Of a stretch of DNA of 64,000 nt, positions 1-12,616 are shown piece by piece. The stretch lies in assembly GCA_964270895.1 (NCBI GenBank), contig OZ185439.1; one strand, written 5' to 3'. This DNA is from Podarcis filfolensis (Eukaryota). The notes beneath the pieces are model-generated. The model ran no database searches. It was not told the origin of the DNA and saw nothing but the letters and a program-made list of their open reading frames with translations. Position numbers and translations under genes: made by a program. Positions within the stretch are counted from its first letter, which is position 1; every line of letters begins with the position of its first letter.

Positions 1-146
1 GGGCAGACTGCCTGCCAGTCTGGGACCTATGCCAGTTTGGTAACGCACCTGACATCTCCCTGAGCAGTGTGTGATTTGCCTGGGCTCACTTTGGCCCCAT
101 GGCAAATGCACTTCTGGGCATCCTTTCCCCTTGCTGTTGATATCCT

Positions 147-283
147 ATCATAGAATTGTAGAGATGGGACCCCGAGGGTCATCTAATCCATCCCGCTGCA
201 ATGCAGGAATCCTGCTCACAGCCATCCCTTGGTGGGCTCAAACCACCAGCCTTTAATTAACAGCCAGGTGCACTGACCCATTG
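147..283 (-). mobile_element. SINE with tRNA-Asn(GTT)-derived head and CR1-derived 3' tail
   Basis: 222-283 matches the reverse complement of vertebrate tRNA-Asn (TCCCTTGGTGGGCTCAAACCACCAGCCTTT..TTAACAGCC), with many differences at CpG sites; 147-200 resembles the reverse complement of a CR1 3' end. Confidence 0.8.
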
Positions 284-1090
284 TTTCATCTGAAACAAGT
301 ATCTGGCTTATATCCTGTAGACTTCTTGGGTCACCTAGGCCAGCATAGGGAAACATCAGGCCTGGGGGCTGGATGAGGTACTCCAGGGCCCTGAGAACAT
401 CACATACGGAGTATTTCTGCCTGACTGGAATGTATCCTTGAACTCTGATAATGCCTGTCGTTTGTGTGTGTATGTGCAGAAACTGGCCTGCTTTACAAAG
501 TTAAGATTCACCTTCATTGCTCTGGCCACTTTTGCCTTTGCCCTGGCATCACAACTGACTGTCATGTGTCCCCAGAATTTATGCAGCCTTCGTGCTGAAA
601 AGGGCTCTCCACCCCCACCTTCGGCACACATCTGGCAGCTTCCAATCCTGGTCCCTGCCCCTGAAATGGTTTTTGTTCTACTGGAAAAGCAAAATCCTTA
701 TTATTTTTCTATAGCGCCCAACAGCCAAAGCTCTCTGGGTGGTGCACAAGATAAGAGATTAAAGCTATAAAATGCAAGACTATAACAATAAAACTTACCA
801 TAAAATCTAAAACAAATTTAAAGCAGCCACAGAATAAAAACCGAAGTCCTTTTCCCTCCCTCTGCCTCTTTACTAGGAAGGGGCGGGGGGCTATTCAACC
901 TGCATCCAATGCATTATTCTGTCTTCCTTTCATAGGCAAAGCCAGTCATATGCTCTTGCATGGTCCATGTTCCCCAGAGAAAAGGCTGTCAGGTAGCAGA
1001 TATGAAAGACCTCTGCCTGAGACCTTGGAAAACCAGTCCCTCCCCCAACTGCCACCATAGGGATGTCTGAAGGACCATCTTGCCCTAGGG

Positions 1091-1340
1091 CATGGGTAGG
1101 CAAACTAAGGCCCGGGGGCTGGATCCGGCCCAACTGCCTTCTCAATCCGGCCTGCGGATGGTCCGGGAATCAGTGTGTATTTACATGAGTAGAATGTGCC
1201 CTTTTATTTAAAATGCATCTCTGGGTTATTTGTGGGGCATAGAAATTCGTTCATTTTTTTGTCCAAAATATAGTCCAGCCCCCCACAAGGTCTGAGGGAC
1301 AGTGGACCGGCCCCCGGCTGAAAAGGTTTGCTGACCCCTG
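1091..1340. mobile_element. hAT (Charlie-like) MITE, 250 bp
   Basis: Imperfect TIRs CATGGGTAGGCAAAC / GTTTGCTGACCCCTG; 8-bp TSD CCCTAGGG / GCCTAGGG. Confidence 0.88.
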
Positions 1341-1565
1341 GCCTAGGGGGACTGGCAAATAAAGAAACTTGGGGGATCCATAACTTCCATAGTAGCCTCT
1401 TCGATCTTCCACCTCCCAACCACTACCACCAGGTCTTCTGCAGAACCATCTTGCCTGAGGGAAGTTAGAATAAGTATTAACAGCTTCCAGCAAACAATTT
1501 GTCATTTCCATTTTATTGTCATTTTTTTAAAAGCAATTTTTATTGTTGTAATAACCTTATGCAAA

Positions 1566-1750
1566 CCTGTGGAACGCTCTCCCATCAGATGTCAAAGAAA
1601 TAAACAGCTATCTGACTTTTAGAAGACATCTGAAGGCAGACCTATGTAGGGAAGCTTTTAATATTTGATGAATTATTGTATTTTAATATTTTGTTGGAAA
1701 CTGCCCAGAGTGGCTGGGGAAACCCAGTCAAATGGGCGGGGTATAAATAC
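1566..1750 (+). mobile_element. L2-clade LINE 3' fragment
   Basis: CCTGTGGAACGCTCTCCCATCAGATGTCAAAG...CCCAGAGTGGCTGGGGAAACCCAG..ATGGGCGGGGTATAAAT; homologous to 5388-5600 in the opposite orientation. Confidence 0.8.
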
Positions 1751-2797
1751 GGTAAGTTGCTACTGCTGTTGTTGTTACTTTGTGAGGTCCACCTGAGAAA
1801 CGGTATATAAACACTGTGCTGTAAATCAATAATCTGACTTTCTATGCTCCCCGTAAAGGACTGGAAAATCCTGCAACCTCTGTTCATGGATGGTGCTAAC
1901 AGTTATTGTTACGTGCACATGTCTTAACTTTGGAACAAAGAAATAGAAAAGCAAGTGAGAACAAGGGCAAACAGGAACCATTGTTCATGAAATTTCCAGA
2001 TGTATTGTTGTTGGAAATTAAGATGCTGTAGAAAGATTCTCTCCCTTTAAAAAGCTGTAATATGTGACCTAGTAAATGCCACATCTGTAAATATTATCAG
2101 GTGTTTTCAGTGCTGACACCACAGGTCAGAGGAACATTTCATGTGCTTCAAATTGGACAGATGGAGTGGGGTGGACAAGATCTTACTCATTTCTTCTCAC
2201 CTCCCCATATTTCTCCAGCATATTGTCATGTTAGAGACTTGATCTGGATGGGTTGAGACCTGAGTTCCCCTTGCCCCCTGCCATATTGATTAATCCAGAT
2301 TATTGCAAGATTTATCCAATTGGCAAGCTAGCCTCTCTCTTTAAGGTGGACAGCTGAAGCTTGGTGGCTTAGACAAGGTCTTACCAAGTACTTACCATTA
2401 AGCATTGGGACATTCCAGCTCCCATGCAGTACCGATGAATTTGGCATTTTCGCATCTAATTGGTATTTGCAGAATTTGCTTAAATTTGCCACTTGTGTGT
2501 GAATGCACAAGGGGTGGATGTGTAAATGCAGACAGTGACCCAAATTAAAAATGGAGATAAAAGGTACTTGATTAGTTCCAGATGGGCCTCTCCATGGAGG
2601 TCAAACAGCTGTTGATAGTCCAAGGAGGAACCATGGCTGCAGGGGGTGAGTTTTTTAATCCACACCATCTGAGATGGTGCCTCGACCATAGGGGAGCATC
2701 TACAGAAGGAGCATGTGGTGAAGAAGAGAGCCTCTTCCATGTAGGTGTCCTGTTTCTGGAATGCTCTCTCCTTATGGAGGGCATCAGGTTAAGTCTT

Positions 2798-3089
2798 CAT
2801 ACACCGCAAGTGTCTCAGGAAAACCAGGACATTCTGCTTTTTCTTGCAAGAGCACCGCAGCCATTTTGAGTGCTGTGATTTTGTGCCAAGATCTTGCCCC
2901 CCCCCAAAGTGGCTGTGATCTTGTGTGGCACCCCAAAATACATGTTTTTGGGCACCATGACAGCCCAGCCTGAAAAAAGCATGCTTTTGGGGGGGGTCCG
3001 TGATCTCATGCAGGTCACGTGACTTGTGCGTGAGCATGGATGGGACAACGCACATCCCGGTTTTGGGACTCAACATGTTGGAGGGTATG
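2798..3089. mobile_element. Degraded hAT-like MITE
   Basis: Ends CATACACCGCAAGTGTC / CATGTTGGAGGGTATG; same terminus type as the element at 52047-52181; no clear TSD. Confidence 0.5.
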
Positions 3090-3569
3090 AGGCGTGCTTT
3101 TTTTGCCCAGGCATTTTAAGTTTTGTAAACTGGTTATTGTTTTACCTTCTTGGTTGTTTTTAGCTGCCTTACTTATTTGGTGGTGTATTTTAGTATACAT
3201 TGTTTTTATTTTATTTATTAAATTTATATACTGCCCTTTATCTGAGGGATCACAGGGTGGTTTACAGTATAAAAACAAGTTGTTTGTTTTATGATTTGGT
3301 TGGTTTTTCTTTATTGCCAGGCTGTTGGCCTATTTCACCTGCCTCTGTTGGTGCTGTCATGTGAACTATTTGTTTATCCTTGTTTCTCTGCAGAAAATTC
3401 AGACAATGGTGACTATATAATGAGCATTCATTCTGATTTCTTTGCAGGGAGGTTAGATGACTTTGCATCAAAGCAAGTCCACTGCTTTGCCCCCATCACT
3501 TCCATTACTGTTAAAAAAAAAAAGATATTTGGGAGGAAGTGGGTTTTGGCTCAAGCCCTCCCAGTCGAT

Positions 3570-3788
3570 TATAGGCAACCCCCAATTTGTGCGGGGGGTT
3601 GCGTTCCGGGTCATTGTGCGCTTGCATGAAATCACATACAATTGAAACATACTGTTCCTTTCTTGCCCCTGCCCCACCCTTTTAGTGACGTCTTTTATGA
3701 AGTTTCTGGGTTACTTCTGGGTTCGGCACTGTGCGCATGTGTGCAATTGCATACATATCTGTCACACCTAAAACAGGGGTTTCCAGTA
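3570..3788. mobile_element. Degraded Tc1/mariner (Tigger-like) MITE
   Basis: TATAGGCAACCCCCAATTT ... AAAACAGGGGTTTCCAGTA imperfect inverted ends with terminal TA. Confidence 0.55.
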
Positions 3789-4019
3789 CTGTATGTGAAT
3801 CTTACCACCTGATCTCACAGGTTCATGTATTAATCATTGGCTGTCCACATTGCCTTGGCAACTGCTGCTTATGTATTTTTGAAGTGTTCAACTCATAAAG
3901 TCATGTTTGCTAGTGAATCACATAAACATAATCCTACAAGCTGAACATATTTGTATGTATCCAGTTGGAAAGTACCAGGTTATACAAAGTGTGTCATTGA
4001 ACGTCTTCCTCATTCTGCA

Positions 4020-4325
4020 CAGTGTGGTGTAGTGGTTAAGAGCGGTAGACTCGTAATCTGGTGAACCGGGTTTGTGTCTCCGCTCCTCCACATGCAGCTG
4101 CTGGGTGACCTTGGGCTAATCACACTTCTTAGAAGTCTCTCACCCCCACTCATCTCACAGAGTGTTTGTTGTGGGGGAGGAAGGGAAAGGAGAATGTTAG
4201 CCACTTTGAGACTCCTTCGGGTAGTGATAAAGTGGGATATCAAATCCAAACTCTGCCGCCTCCTCCTCCTCCTCTTCTTCTTCTTCTTCTTCTTCTTCTT
4301 CTTCTTCTTCTTCTTCTTCTTCTTC
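4020..4325 (+). mobile_element. tRNA-derived SINE (Squam3-like) with expanded (CTC)n(CTT)n tail
   Basis: Box A TGGTGTAGTGG, box-B-like GGGTTTGTGTCTCC, MIR/CORE-like GTGACCTTGGGC body, tail ...ATCAAATCCAAACTC then about 70 nt of CTC/CTT repeats. Confidence 0.82.
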
Positions 4326-5253
4326 ACATTGGCTATCTCAATCCAATTGGTAGAGGGCACCACCACCCCATTTTTTGGGGGGGAGGGCAGCCTTTTATGG
4401 TCCAGTGCCCAAGACTGTTCAGAATCTGTGTCTGCAAGAAAATCTGAAATGTGCAGAAGAATAAAGTTTTCACATTCTGGTGCCATAAGTCAGAACTTGT
4501 GTGTCTGTGGGTGTGTACAAACTGAATTGTTCTGTGACTACTGAGCTGATACCTAGGGATTTAGGCTGCTGTTGGTTTGCATATGAGGAGAAATAGAGCA
4601 CTGCATCACTGCATGGTTTCTTGATGCATGGAAGGCTCATCAAAGAGCATCTTTTTAGAATCTGCCTTCTATTTCAGATGCCTTGCTCTTCTCATCCTGA
4701 GCCCCGGATTCTTTCTCCCCACACACCCAACTTAAATAAAAGCAGAACATCTTAGGAAGCCAAACCTGTGCCAGATTCCAGAGTGTTGTACACGGTACTA
4801 GGCCATTATACAGTTGAGTATATAGTGGAAGAAAAATGCTAATGCCACCTTTTTGGGAAGACTGATTTGGATGCTACAGGGCTCTGCCTTTTAGCTGAGA
4901 AAATAGCACCACAAATGGGCGTTTTGGAGCATCTGTTGATTCTGGCTCACTCTTGCCCAGCCTTCTCCATCCTGGTGCCCTGCAGATGATTCAGATTGCA
5001 ACTTCTGTCAGCTTCAGCCAACACATGTGTTGCCTGAAGCTGTTGGGAGCTGTAGTCCAAAACCTCTGGATAGAGGCATACCTAGGGTCCCTTGCATTCT
5101 CTGACAAGGAGCTATATCTGTGCTGCCCGCCCCCCAATCTAAAAAGCAGGCGAGGTTGCCAGGACAGGAGGAACATGCCTCTTCAGGGTTGGATGGGGTG
5201 CCCACTACTCCCTTCCTAGAAGCTGCTCCAAGGACCTCTTTCTGTCCCCTCTT

Positions 5254-5279
5254 GCAGCAGCAGCAGCAGCAGCAGCAGC
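5254..5279. repeat. (CAG)n microsatellite, intronic
   Basis: About 8 CAG units read directly. Confidence 0.95.
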
Positions 5280-5387
5280 TTCTCCTATTGGAGATCCTGG
5301 CGGATTCCTTCTGTGGATGAAGCAGGTGCTGTTGCCCTGAGCTGAGGGTGCATGTGCTCCAGGTGTCATGGGAGGATGCAAATAGTA

Positions 5388-5736
5388 ATAATAATATAAT
5401 AATTTATTATTTATACCCCACCCATCTGGCTAAGTTTCCCCAGCCACTCTGGGCGGCTCCCAATCGAGTGTTAAAAATAATACAGCATTAAATATTTAAA
5501 ACTTCCCTAAACAGGGCTGCCTTCAGATGTCTTTTAAAAATAAGATAGCTGCTTATTTCCTTGGCATCTGATGGGAGGGTGTTCCACAGGGTGGGCGCCA
5601 CTACCGAGAAGGCCCTCTGTCTGGTTCCCTGTAGCCTCACTTCTCGCAATGAGGGAACTGCCAGAAGGCCCTCGGCGCTGGATCTCAGTGTCCGGGCTGA
5701 ATGATGGGGGTGGAGACGCTCCTTCAGGTATACAGG
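5388..5736 (-). mobile_element. L2-clade LINE 3' fragment
   Basis: Minus-strand peptide YLKERLHPHHSARTLRSSAEGLLAVP...[15 protein letters not shown]...FKRHLKAALF is typical of L2 ORF2 C-termini; 3' UTR and (TTA)-like tail follow. Confidence 0.85.
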
Positions 5737-7995
5737 ATGCCTGATAGGTGACATTTGTGGGCCCTCCCCAGCCTGTGCCCCCAGTGGCAGGTAGTTTCGC
5801 CAACCCCTAGGTCTGCTTCTGCTTCTGGAGGGCACTAGGTTTTGGGAAGGCTGGTTTAGCCGGTGGAATTGAGGCTGGAGGGAGGCCCACCTGTTGGCTT
5901 TCTCCAGACCTTCTGCTGCTGGGCTGCCTGCCTGGTTGCATGGATTCATGTTTCCTACTTTCTCTCATTTCCTTCCATAAATGATAAAAAAATAAATAGT
6001 GCAGAATGAAGAGGCAGGGCTGCAGAGGACTAGGGGGAGGGGGTGAAGCAGGAGATAGATTACCGGCCTCATTCGGCCCATTTTCCTTTACACAGGTGCT
6101 GACCCCTGACATTCCATGGCAGCTTGGGGGCCTTAACCTGAGAAAAAGCAAACATTCGCTCTCCTCTGCGCCTTGGCGGTGCAGCCTCCACTCCTAGCCA
6201 GCACTTGCACTGGCCTTGTGGCTGCAGGATGGGTGGTCTCCACAGAAAGAGTTATCCCACCCTTAACCAGAGAGGCAAACCTTTCTGATTTGCTCAGCTC
6301 CTGATAATGGCTTGTTCCATAGTGGTATAGCTGGAGGTTTGCCTTGTGGGTGGTGGCTGTCGTCAGTGATGGTGAGGCAGTGGGAGAAAGCAGTGTTTTC
6401 AGATAAAGGCGTCTACGCTGAGCATAATACTTTGCTTAAACTATGTCTTTTAGTATTGTTGGGAGTGCCTCAGGCATGCCTTCATCAACTGGCAGGGTTG
6501 TCAGATCCAAACTGAACCTATTTTGTTCTACAGAGTGGTGACATCCTGGATTAAGGGATAAACAATAGGATACCTGCTCAGACACAGGACATCTGGAAGA
6601 AATACTCCCAAACCTTTTCCATAGGAGCCCCTTGGGTAGGGGACTGTCCCTAATGGGCTACTGCCCAAATCTCATTTGTGGGTCTTGAGATTCCCCAGGA
6701 TTTTGAAAACTGTACGCTTTGACTCAGAACTAAAGACAAGTAAGAGGACTCCATAAGGGGCTTAAACAGTACTCTAGTTGGAACAGGACCTCACACCAGC
6801 TCAGTTTTATAGTGTGCACATAATTGCCTCTTGGCTTCAGGATTGTAATGTATAGCAGATGTAGGACTGAGCCACCTGGTGCTGCAAGGGAGGGTCAGGG
6901 TGATGTATATTTTGACTAGGAGAGGCAACAGTGGCTGGTGAGGGTGCTTGGCTACTTTGGGGCAATGCTCAAGTCATGCAGGAAATCTGTGACAAAGAGC
7001 AAAGGATACAAGGCCTCCAGCTGGCCCTGCATGGAGCCTTTGAAGGCTGCTGGGCGACTCCTAGCAGAACACATCATGAATATGCCCATCTCCACATTTT
7101 TATAGTCTTGTTCTCTTGGCATAGTCGCTACTTTGCCTTGCCCTTGTGGCTCTCCCACCCCCCACTGCCAGTATGCTACTCAGCTGAACAGACTGTCGGT
7201 GCCAGTGAAGGTTTGAGCTCCTGATGCTCAGGGTCAAAGGACTGCATAAAAAAGCTGTGCTTTCTGGATAAGCAGAAGCGAAACAGATTTTCCTGACATA
7301 AATAGGGGATTTACTGAGATATTACGGGGGCAGCTGAGGAGAGGAAATGCAAACCTATCTCAGCTTACTAAACCAACTTAAATCTAACCCTTGAGTATAT
7401 GTAATAGTGAAATGTAATCACCCACACAGAGTGAATGACTTTGGATTGGCCTCCTCAGATTTTACACTGGCTGTCTCAACCCATATATATGTGGGGCGGG
7501 GGGAGGATGTGGGGACTGCATCGGAGATCTGAGGCTTCGACCACCCAGATTTGATGGAACTCCTCTTGTTACATCCCCTAAGAAACTTTTTAAACAATGA
7601 CAAGCTCTGTCCCCTTTTGCAACGTTCTCTATAGATTCAGAATTATAATAAGGTGGTGCATGCGTACATGACTGGGAAACTGTGGCGGGGAGCATCACAC
7701 GGTTGTGAAGAAGAGCATAAGTGCTGCCTTGCTAAATAAGGCCATAGATTAGGATCGGAAACAGGAAGCCCTTTGGCTCAGGCTTTCAGAAGGAAGCATT
7801 CAATCCAGATGAAAGGGAGTTGTAAAAGATGTGACAGGAGTAACCGGATTTGCTGTCAGGCAGCTCTGAAGGGCTGGGCTGTGTGGCATTATCTCATCGC
7901 TCCTCAGACCCTTTTCAGAAGGACTCCCCAGGAAAAGCAGTTTTTGGCCAGGTCCATAGGCCAATCTAATTCAAGATTCTGTCTTTCGCAGCAGC

Positions 7996-8361
7996 CAGGG
8001 CTGACCTACCCATGGGGCAAGGTGAGGCGACCGTCTCCAGTGTCCACAGGGACAGCAGATCCAGCTTCCAAGGAATGCATTGCCAACTGGCGCCACTGTG
8101 ATAACAGCAACGACTGCAGCACACTCCTTGGAGGCCGGATCTGCCATTTTCTTGGGCAGCCTTTTCCATGCCACTTCTACAGTGGCCTCTTGGTGAATAG
8201 GAGGAGCTGCTGCTCTCCTCCCACCCTTGTTTCCAATGCAGAACTTTATTCTCCACCCTCCACCTTGATCCCTGATATAGATCTCCACTCCTTCCATGGC
8301 AGAGAGTGGGGTGCCATTTTGTGGTTCACCTCAGGTGCCAAAATGTCTTGGTCTTGCCCTG
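7996..8361. mobile_element. Old hAT (Tip100/MER91-like) element, copy 1
   Basis: CAGGGCTGACC...TTGCCCTG ends; shares blocks (CAAGGTGAGGC, ACTCCTTGGAGG..GATCTGCCA, CATTTTGTGGTTCACCTCAGGTGC) with 62107-62507. Confidence 0.7.
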
Positions 8362-9026
8362 GCAATGGCCACTTCATGCACCTGAGAAACCCACAACTAG
8401 GGCAGGGTACAGCTGGTCATCCCCAGTTGTGGTGAGCATCACCCATGTCTGGTAAACAGATGAATGTGAGGTTTGCATTCTTTTTTTTTAATAACTAATA
8501 TATACTGCTATGTGTGCAAACTATGGTAGGCTAGCTGGATCTTTCTAAGGTGGTTTTAATAGTTGTTGTCAGGTGACAACTTCTGGTACTACCCATGTTC
8601 GTCTATGGTAAGGGGCTTCTAGGCAAAGCGATAACTTGCAACTAGTGATTCTGATCCAATTTTTCTGTTTCTGTGCTATTGTCATATGAGGTTCAACATA
8701 GGCACAGTTTAAGTCTATGCTTTCCACAGCTATACAGCAGTTTCCCATTTACACCAATGGGCCGCCCTTGAGGGGAATGTTCCCATGCTCTGTGGTCCGG
8801 CTCCCCACCTCAGTAACTACTCCCTTGTCATCCACTTACCTTTTCCTGTTCTGGACATGCACACAAGTATTTATTCTCCTTAGGGAAAAAGTGGCACCCT
8901 CTCCCCAAATACAGTGCAAATATTTAAATTGATTAAATAACTGACAGTTTGCTGCTATTTCTCAAAATTTGATGTTTGAGGTATTCCTTTTCCTCTGCTG
9001 ACTTTTAGGGTCAGCACTTGGCATAG

Positions 9027-9176
9027 TAGAATCATAGAATTGTAGTGTTGGACAGGACCGTGAGAGTCATCTAGTCCAACCCTCTGCAATGCAGGAATCT
9101 TTTTGCCCAACATGGGGCTCGAACCCACAACCTTAAGATGAAGAGGCTCATGCTCTACTGACTAAGCTATCCCAGC
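9027..9176 (-). mobile_element. SINE with tRNA-Lys(CTT)-derived head and CR1-derived 3' tail
   Basis: GCCCAACATGGGGCTCGAACCCACAACC..TCATGCTCTACTGACTAAGCTA is the reverse complement of tRNA-Lys(CTT); tail TAGAATCATAGAATTGTAG..GTCATCTAGTCCAACC. Confidence 0.85.
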
Positions 9177-9241
9177 TCCTGCTTCTGAAAGCTGAGAAGT
9201 CCTCATGTATATTTGTCCTCCTGGGCATATATTTGTGTGCA

Positions 9242-9242
<1 letters not shown>

Positions 9243-9282
<40 letters not shown>
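9243..9282. repeat. (CA)n microsatellite
   Basis: About 19-20 CA units. Confidence 0.95.
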
Positions 9283-9284
<2 letters not shown>

Positions 9285-12222
9285 CTCATTACCTCTTCCC
9301 AAAAACCTTTGCATTTGATGATAGGCATTTCCCCTCAGGCTGCCACTAACAAATACACCTATTCTGCTGCCCGGGCTAAGGGATTTGCACAGAAAGCCCA
9401 GCCTCTACGCTCATGAGAAGAATTAGACCTCACCCAGTCTGCAGGGAAGGTCACAGGAAGTGAAGCATGCGGCTCCTTTGTGTCCCTTTTGTAATTCTTT
9501 GTCACAATGAACTGCCCCTGGCTGCCCACCCAAGTTAAAGTGCATAGGCCTTGGTGACAGGAGCGGTCTGTCATTATTAGCCCCCACCTCTTTGGCACGA
9601 GTGCTTCACTCTTTCGCTACTGAGCTCACTTGTCATCATTCTGCCTGTCACCATCGTAAACTGCACAGAATGGTGGCAGACCCAAGTCTTTAAATGTGAG
9701 TCTCGAGGAAGTGAAGGTTACAGCTGAAATATCCCAGCTTGTTTCTATCTCCATTTAATTTAATCCCCCTTCTGCAGCCCTTAATGTAGGTGGTCCCGCT
9801 CTCAACCAATGGGATCACAAGCTTGTGACTCTCTCATCCACAGGACCCCTAAGCACCAAGCTGTCTCAGGCAGGCTATCACCAGCTCTGCCATCCCATGG
9901 ATATAATGAACCGTTCACACACTCGAACCCTTAAACCTGGCAAATTACAACCCTGTTTTGCCCAGCCTCTTAACACTGGGCACCTGCAGAACTTTTTGCT
10001 GAATTGGCTACAGTGCTTTGCTGGCTGGTTTGCCAGTTCACCTTGGATTGTCAGTCTAACTGTGTAAAAGTTCAAGTGCAGTGAAAGTAAAATTATATAA
10101 ATGCATTCAGCATTCAAGGGTTGAAGGAGATATATGGTAAGCAAGCATATTGGCAGTACCGGCTCTTTCGCTATTTCAGTTCAGCATTCCCAAATCCAAA
10201 CTAGCTCTTTACCGTACAGTTTCTTTTAATTGTCATTTGGTTTCATGCAGCCCCAGATGTTTATTTTCTAGCTATCCCAGCTGGAACCCGCTTTTTAGGG
10301 ATGGGTGTGATTCCCCATCCAATGCATGTTACAGATGCTTGGAACAAAGGGTTTCTAGCTGTATTCAGTTGCCCATTACTATGCATTGTTTCCCATCAAC
10401 AAACAGGCTGCAGTCAAGGCTAAGGAGAGGGAGAATGGCATTTGTCCACTTTGCATAACAGAGTCGCTTGGCGTCAAACAATCCTCTTGCCCAGCAGTCC
10501 TCTTGCAGAGAGCATTCTTTCAACTTAAATCAATGTGCTTACTAGAAAGCATGCCAGGTGTTCTTTCATATAATATACAGCCATTTGGTTTCATGTCCCA
10601 GATGTATTTTAGCACTAAACCAATTTTATCCTGGCATTTTCTCATGAGAATATCTCCTATTGTGGAACTAGAGGGTGACTGATTGATGAAATGTGGGATA
10701 AAAGAAATTAAGGTTTGTATCAAATTAAGAGAGGGCAGCTGCTGAAATGGAAACATGGAAATAAGAGTATTATACTTAATTTAGCTAAAATCTGTGCAAT
10801 TTTGTGTGTGTGTGTGTATGTGTGTGTGTGTGGCGCAGGGGACAAATTGTATAACTTTGTTTCATAGTTTTATGCTATCATCTGCAAACCTTAAAAGTGG
10901 CATCCAGTTAATGAACGATTTATATTGATAATTATAGAGATCTTAACATTGCTTTTAGCACCTTTTTCACTGTTCAGAGTACAGGCTGCTAACGTTCAGT
11001 ATTTCCTTTTTTGGCTCTTGGCATTTAAATCATCCTAACCTTACGTCTTAACTCAGCATCCTGGGGAGTTGCTTGCACTTAAACAGAATATGCTACGAAA
11101 CTACATAGGCCAGGAAAACCTGATTTTCTCCCCCACTGCCTGTATCTGAAGGAGAGTCCCCATTGCCACTTGCACTAACAAGGAGCGTCTCAGGGTAAGG
11201 TAATGTCCAGGACTCAGTCATGGTGTATTTGCTTAGCGACACTTGGTTAAATATTTATCCCCTGCGCTGTTCCTCCCCCCTCCCGCAACTCAGAAGCACA
11301 TTAGTTGTTAAACGCCCCTCCTCGGGACGGCATGTGGCTCCCGGACCCTGACAGCTCAAGCTATCATTTGTACCTGTGAATTATTGATAAGCTATCAGAC
11401 AACCCAGGTCTTGGAAGAGACAGGCTGCTTGGATGGTAAAGGTGCTGGGCTGCCCCTCTGCTGTATGTGTGGGTGGGTGGGGAGAAGAGTGGTCCAAGGG
11501 AAGATTTCCTCTCACTGGTGCTCAGCTGCAACAAAAGCTATTGTAACGCAGTATCCCTGTGTTTGGATCAGGTGTCTCACTTGAGTGTGGTGTCATAATG
11601 CAGGGCTTGGTCAGAATAAGCACTTCCATCAGATGAGAACCAACATGGTGTGGTGATTAGTGTGCCAGGCTAGGAGTGGGCAGGCCTGGGTTCAGATCGC
11701 CTGTCTGCAGTAGCTAAGGGTCAACACCTTGCCTTCTGGAGATGCGTTGGTGGACGGAGTTCATTATTAGTAAAAGCCATATCCTAGCAGAAGGCTGTGT
11801 CTGGTTTGTGGCCTGTCTCTTCTTTGTAAATTAGGCCCAGTTTAAAATGATGACTTTGGACGTTTGTCACCTCTAACCTACCCCACAGGGCTGTTGTGAG
11901 GATAAAAGGGGGCAGCCCTTTGTGTGGATAAAACCCCCAACTCCTGGTAAAAAAATTGAAACATGGAATAGTAGAGCTAGCTTAGCTTAGCGGTTACTTC
12001 AGTCTTGCAGGATTCCTCAATCCTCAGTGGAGGGTTTGATACCCCACAGGCGCTGTCCGGCTTTTGAAAAAAAGAAAAAAGGGGGGTGGGAGAAAAATGG
12101 AATAATAGGCCATTGCATGTCAGTTCAGGAATTCACAAAGCATGGAATATGTAGATCTACTTGCTGTTTCTCTCTCGTGGATGATACTAGGTGTCTGGTT
12201 TGAAGTCTGGGCAGTCCATCCC

Positions 12223-12224
<2 letters not shown>

Positions 12225-12262
<38 letters not shown>
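12225..12262. repeat. (CA)n microsatellite
   Basis: CA tract read directly. Confidence 0.9.
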
Positions 12263-12477
12263 CACCCATACAAGGGTTGTATTGGCCAACCACTGGCCTT
12301 GAAGAAGGCACAGATCCAGGCACAGATGCAGCAGGCATTCCAATCATCCGTGTTTGGGTTGGCCCACATTTGGCTCAGAATCCAAGGGACAGCCAGCAAC
12401 TAGTGGAAATGCCTTTTCCCTAGTCTGAAGGAGCAATTCATCAGGGATTTGTTAATGTGCTACTTTTGTACATATAT

Positions 12478-12616
12478 AATCATAGAATTGTAAAGTTGGA
12501 AGGTACCACCAAGGTCATCTAGTCCAACCCCCTTCAATGCAGGAATCTTTTTCCCACTTGAACCCACAACCCACAACCCTGAGATTAAGAGTTTCATGCT
12601 CCATTGACTGAGCTAC
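12478..12616 (-). mobile_element. Second tRNA-Lys/CR1-tail SINE copy (partly deleted head)
   Basis: ATCATAGAATTGTAAAGTTGGAAGG..GTCATCTAGTCCAACCCC..CCCTGAGATTAAGAGTTTCATGCTC..GACTGAGCTA. Confidence 0.8.

Noticed and set aside
4010-4544. Poly-Lys, poly-Phe and poly-Leu ORFs
   Set aside because: These are translations of the SINE (CTT)n tail.
5254-5279. Polyglutamine-coding exon
   Set aside because: No splice context or homology to Slit; a short intronic CAG microsatellite.
7773-8435. 220-aa ORF
   Set aside because: Starts at TTG, overlaps a decayed hAT relic and has no recognisable domain or splice context.
9105-9176. Functional tRNA-Lys gene (and tRNA-Asn at 222-283)
   Set aside because: Mutated stems and anticodon arm, fused to a CR1 tail and lacking a T-run terminator; these are SINE heads.
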